Position numbers and translations under genes: made by a program
Shown here: positions 62,405 through 64,000 of the stretch, piece by piece
Layout: the number at the start of each line of letters is the position of its first letter
Numbering within the stretch: the first letter of the stretch is position 1
NCBI GenBank assembly: GCA_037305845.1
Contig: CP147778.1
Coordinates: 3,360,001-3,424,000 of the forward strand
Source: Candidatus Freyarchaeum deiterrae
Lineage (GTDB): Archaea; Asgardarchaeota; Jordiarchaeia; Jordiarchaeales; Jordiarchaeaceae
Direction: 5' to 3'
DNA length: 64,000 bases
Notes under the pieces: generated by a model
Databases searched by the model: none
Told to the model about the DNA's origin: nothing
Seen by the model: only the letters and a program-made list of their open reading frames with translations

Positions 62405-62745
62405 CTCGGTTTATTTACGTTACCAGTTTTTTGTGGGTTTATGAGGCGTTCTCATATTGTTTCAATTAAAGCAAATCTATTTAATAAAATTACCCAATAT
62501 ATTTTATTTCATTATTAGCAAATTAGGCTATAAATTATGTGATTTAATGGAAATTACTCAATATTCTAACAGTCGTGAAGATGCCCAAAAACGGGAAAAA
62601 TTTAGGATAAAAGGTGAATATTTGCGTTGAGAGACGCCTAACTTGAAAATTGCAATGGTTCAAGTGAATCAACCGTTGGAACGATTTGGAATCCCATTTC
62701 CATGTGTAATTTTTCCTTCCTTCAGTGCCTTAACAAAAGGTTAGT

Positions 62746-64000
62746 CTAGGTTACTTTACAGTATGGTTGCTTTATCCCTCGGATTCTACAATACAATCGT
62801 TTTATTTGTCTAACCAGGTTAGCGAGGAATACCTGTTCTGCTTCCCTGGCTCGCCTCAGTATTTGCTGTCGTGAGAGGTATGCTCTTAGTTCGGAGAGTT
62901 CCTTCTTTGGACTAAAGACTAGGTATATGGGAATGCCAACCGCTAAAAGTATGAGCCCGATAATTATTTCCAAGAGTTTAATCTGTGTGAGGAGGTATAT
63001 GCAGCAAGCGGCTCCAGCTATCGCTAAGATTAAACTTCTACGAAATCCTTTAGCAGCTTTGGGACTTGAGCTCTTTTTATGGAGAATCGGTGAGGAAATG
63101 CAGGTTACTAGATAAGCTAATGCTAAGAAGAAAACCGCTGAGGAGATCAACAAGTCTAGGTTTCCTAAAATAGAAGCTACGAGAGCTGTTGCACTCTGGA
63201 TAATTAACACAATGTAGGGAGTTTTAAACCGGCGGTGGAGCTTAGCGAAAATCTTGGGAAAGAGTCCATCAAGAGCCATAGCGTAGCCAAGGCGGGATGT
63301 GCCCAGCATTCCCGTTTCGTCTGCACCTGAGATAGCAAGCAGCGCTCCCACACCTACAATCAACGTTAATAAGGCGACCGTCCATGAAGCTGGGATAATT
63401 TGCGGTTGTGATAGGTAGGGGGTGTTTCCAGCTAGGATTGAGTTTAGGTAGGGGTTGTATCCCGCTATGACTTGAGTTGAGGCTGTTAGGGGTGTTGATA
63501 TACTCCCAAGCTGGGACCAGGAAACCGTGCTAAAAATTATGAAGTTTATAGCGAAATAAAATATCGAAACTATGAGCACACCTGAAATGATTGCTCGGGG
63601 AATAGTTTTTTCAGGCTTCTCTATTTCATTCGCGGGAATGGTCGAATGCTCAAAACCGGCGAAGGCCCAAATAATTAGAATCAAAGCTCCTCCGAATTGG
63701 GAGTATCCCTGAGGAGCGAAAGGGGTTAGGTTATAAATGGTTTGAGAAGAATTCGATACGACATAAACTAGTCCCAGCACTATAAAGATTAATAAGGGGC
63801 CCAGTCTCCCAATAGTCAGAATATCATTAACTTTTCCGGCAACCTTTGTCCCCAAAATATTGGTAAGAGTTAAAAACGTTACAAAGGCTACTTTTACTAT
63901 TATTTGTTCAGTGTCTGTTAAAGGGATGAAGTATTGCAGGTATTTTACGAAAGCCACTGGAAAAACTGCCATCGAGAACCATTCCGCAATCCAAAATGAC
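62746..64000 (-). CDS. APC-family amino acid permease (5' end outside window)
   Basis: WAFAGFE, E...P.KTIPRAI, SRLGYAMALDGLFPKIFAKLH....TP. Confidence 0.92.
   Translation of the reverse strand, partial: SFWIAEWFSMAVFPVAFVKYLQYFIPLTDTEQIIVKVAFVTFLTLTNILGTKVAGKVNDILTIGRLGPLLIFIVLGLVYVVSNSSQTIYNLTPFAPQGYSQFGGALILIIWAFAGFEHSTIPANEIEKPEKTIPRAIISGVLIVSIFYFAINFIIFSTVSWSQLGSISTPLTASTQVIAGYNPYLNSILAGNTPYLSQPQIIPASWTVALLTLIVGVGALLAISGADETGMLGTSRLGYAMALDGLFPKIFAKLHRRFKTPYIVLIIQSATALVASILGNLDLLISSAVFFLALAYLVTCISSPILHKKSSSPKAAKGFRRSLILAIAGAACCIYLLTQIKLLEIIIGLILLAVGIPIYLVFSPKKELSELRAYLSRQQILRRAREAEQVFLANLVRQIKRLYCRIRGIKQPYCKVT

Overview
Archaeal window, most likely Asgardarchaeota (Jordarchaeia/Freyarchaeia-like). 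The lineage is inferred from a RagA-like GTPase with a roadblock-like C-terminus, longin-domain proteins and RING-type Zn-finger proteins. It holds about 60 mostly accessory genes; I saw no rRNA, tRNA, CRISPR array or transposase. Main points: (1) a coupled operon (9.3-12.8 kb) of a glycosylated surface protein, a RagA-like GTPase and an NPRL2/GATOR1-like longin-wHTH protein with an SRN motif at the arginine-finger position; (2) membrane-anchored RING-type proteins whose N-termini differ while promoter and RING module are conserved (53-60 kb); (3) a monofunctional catalase gene replaced in situ by a GC-rich katG segment next to a PerR-like regulator; (4) a ~70-bp C-rich repeat in four direct copies, two of which bracket a type II R-M pair; (5) ACG codons at expected start positions, three of them behind GGAGG; (6) two expanded V4R-like paralog families; (7) a candidate pseudoknotted RNA; (8) a chimeric PEP-utiliser gene. 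All family calls are by eye from motifs; no database search was run.
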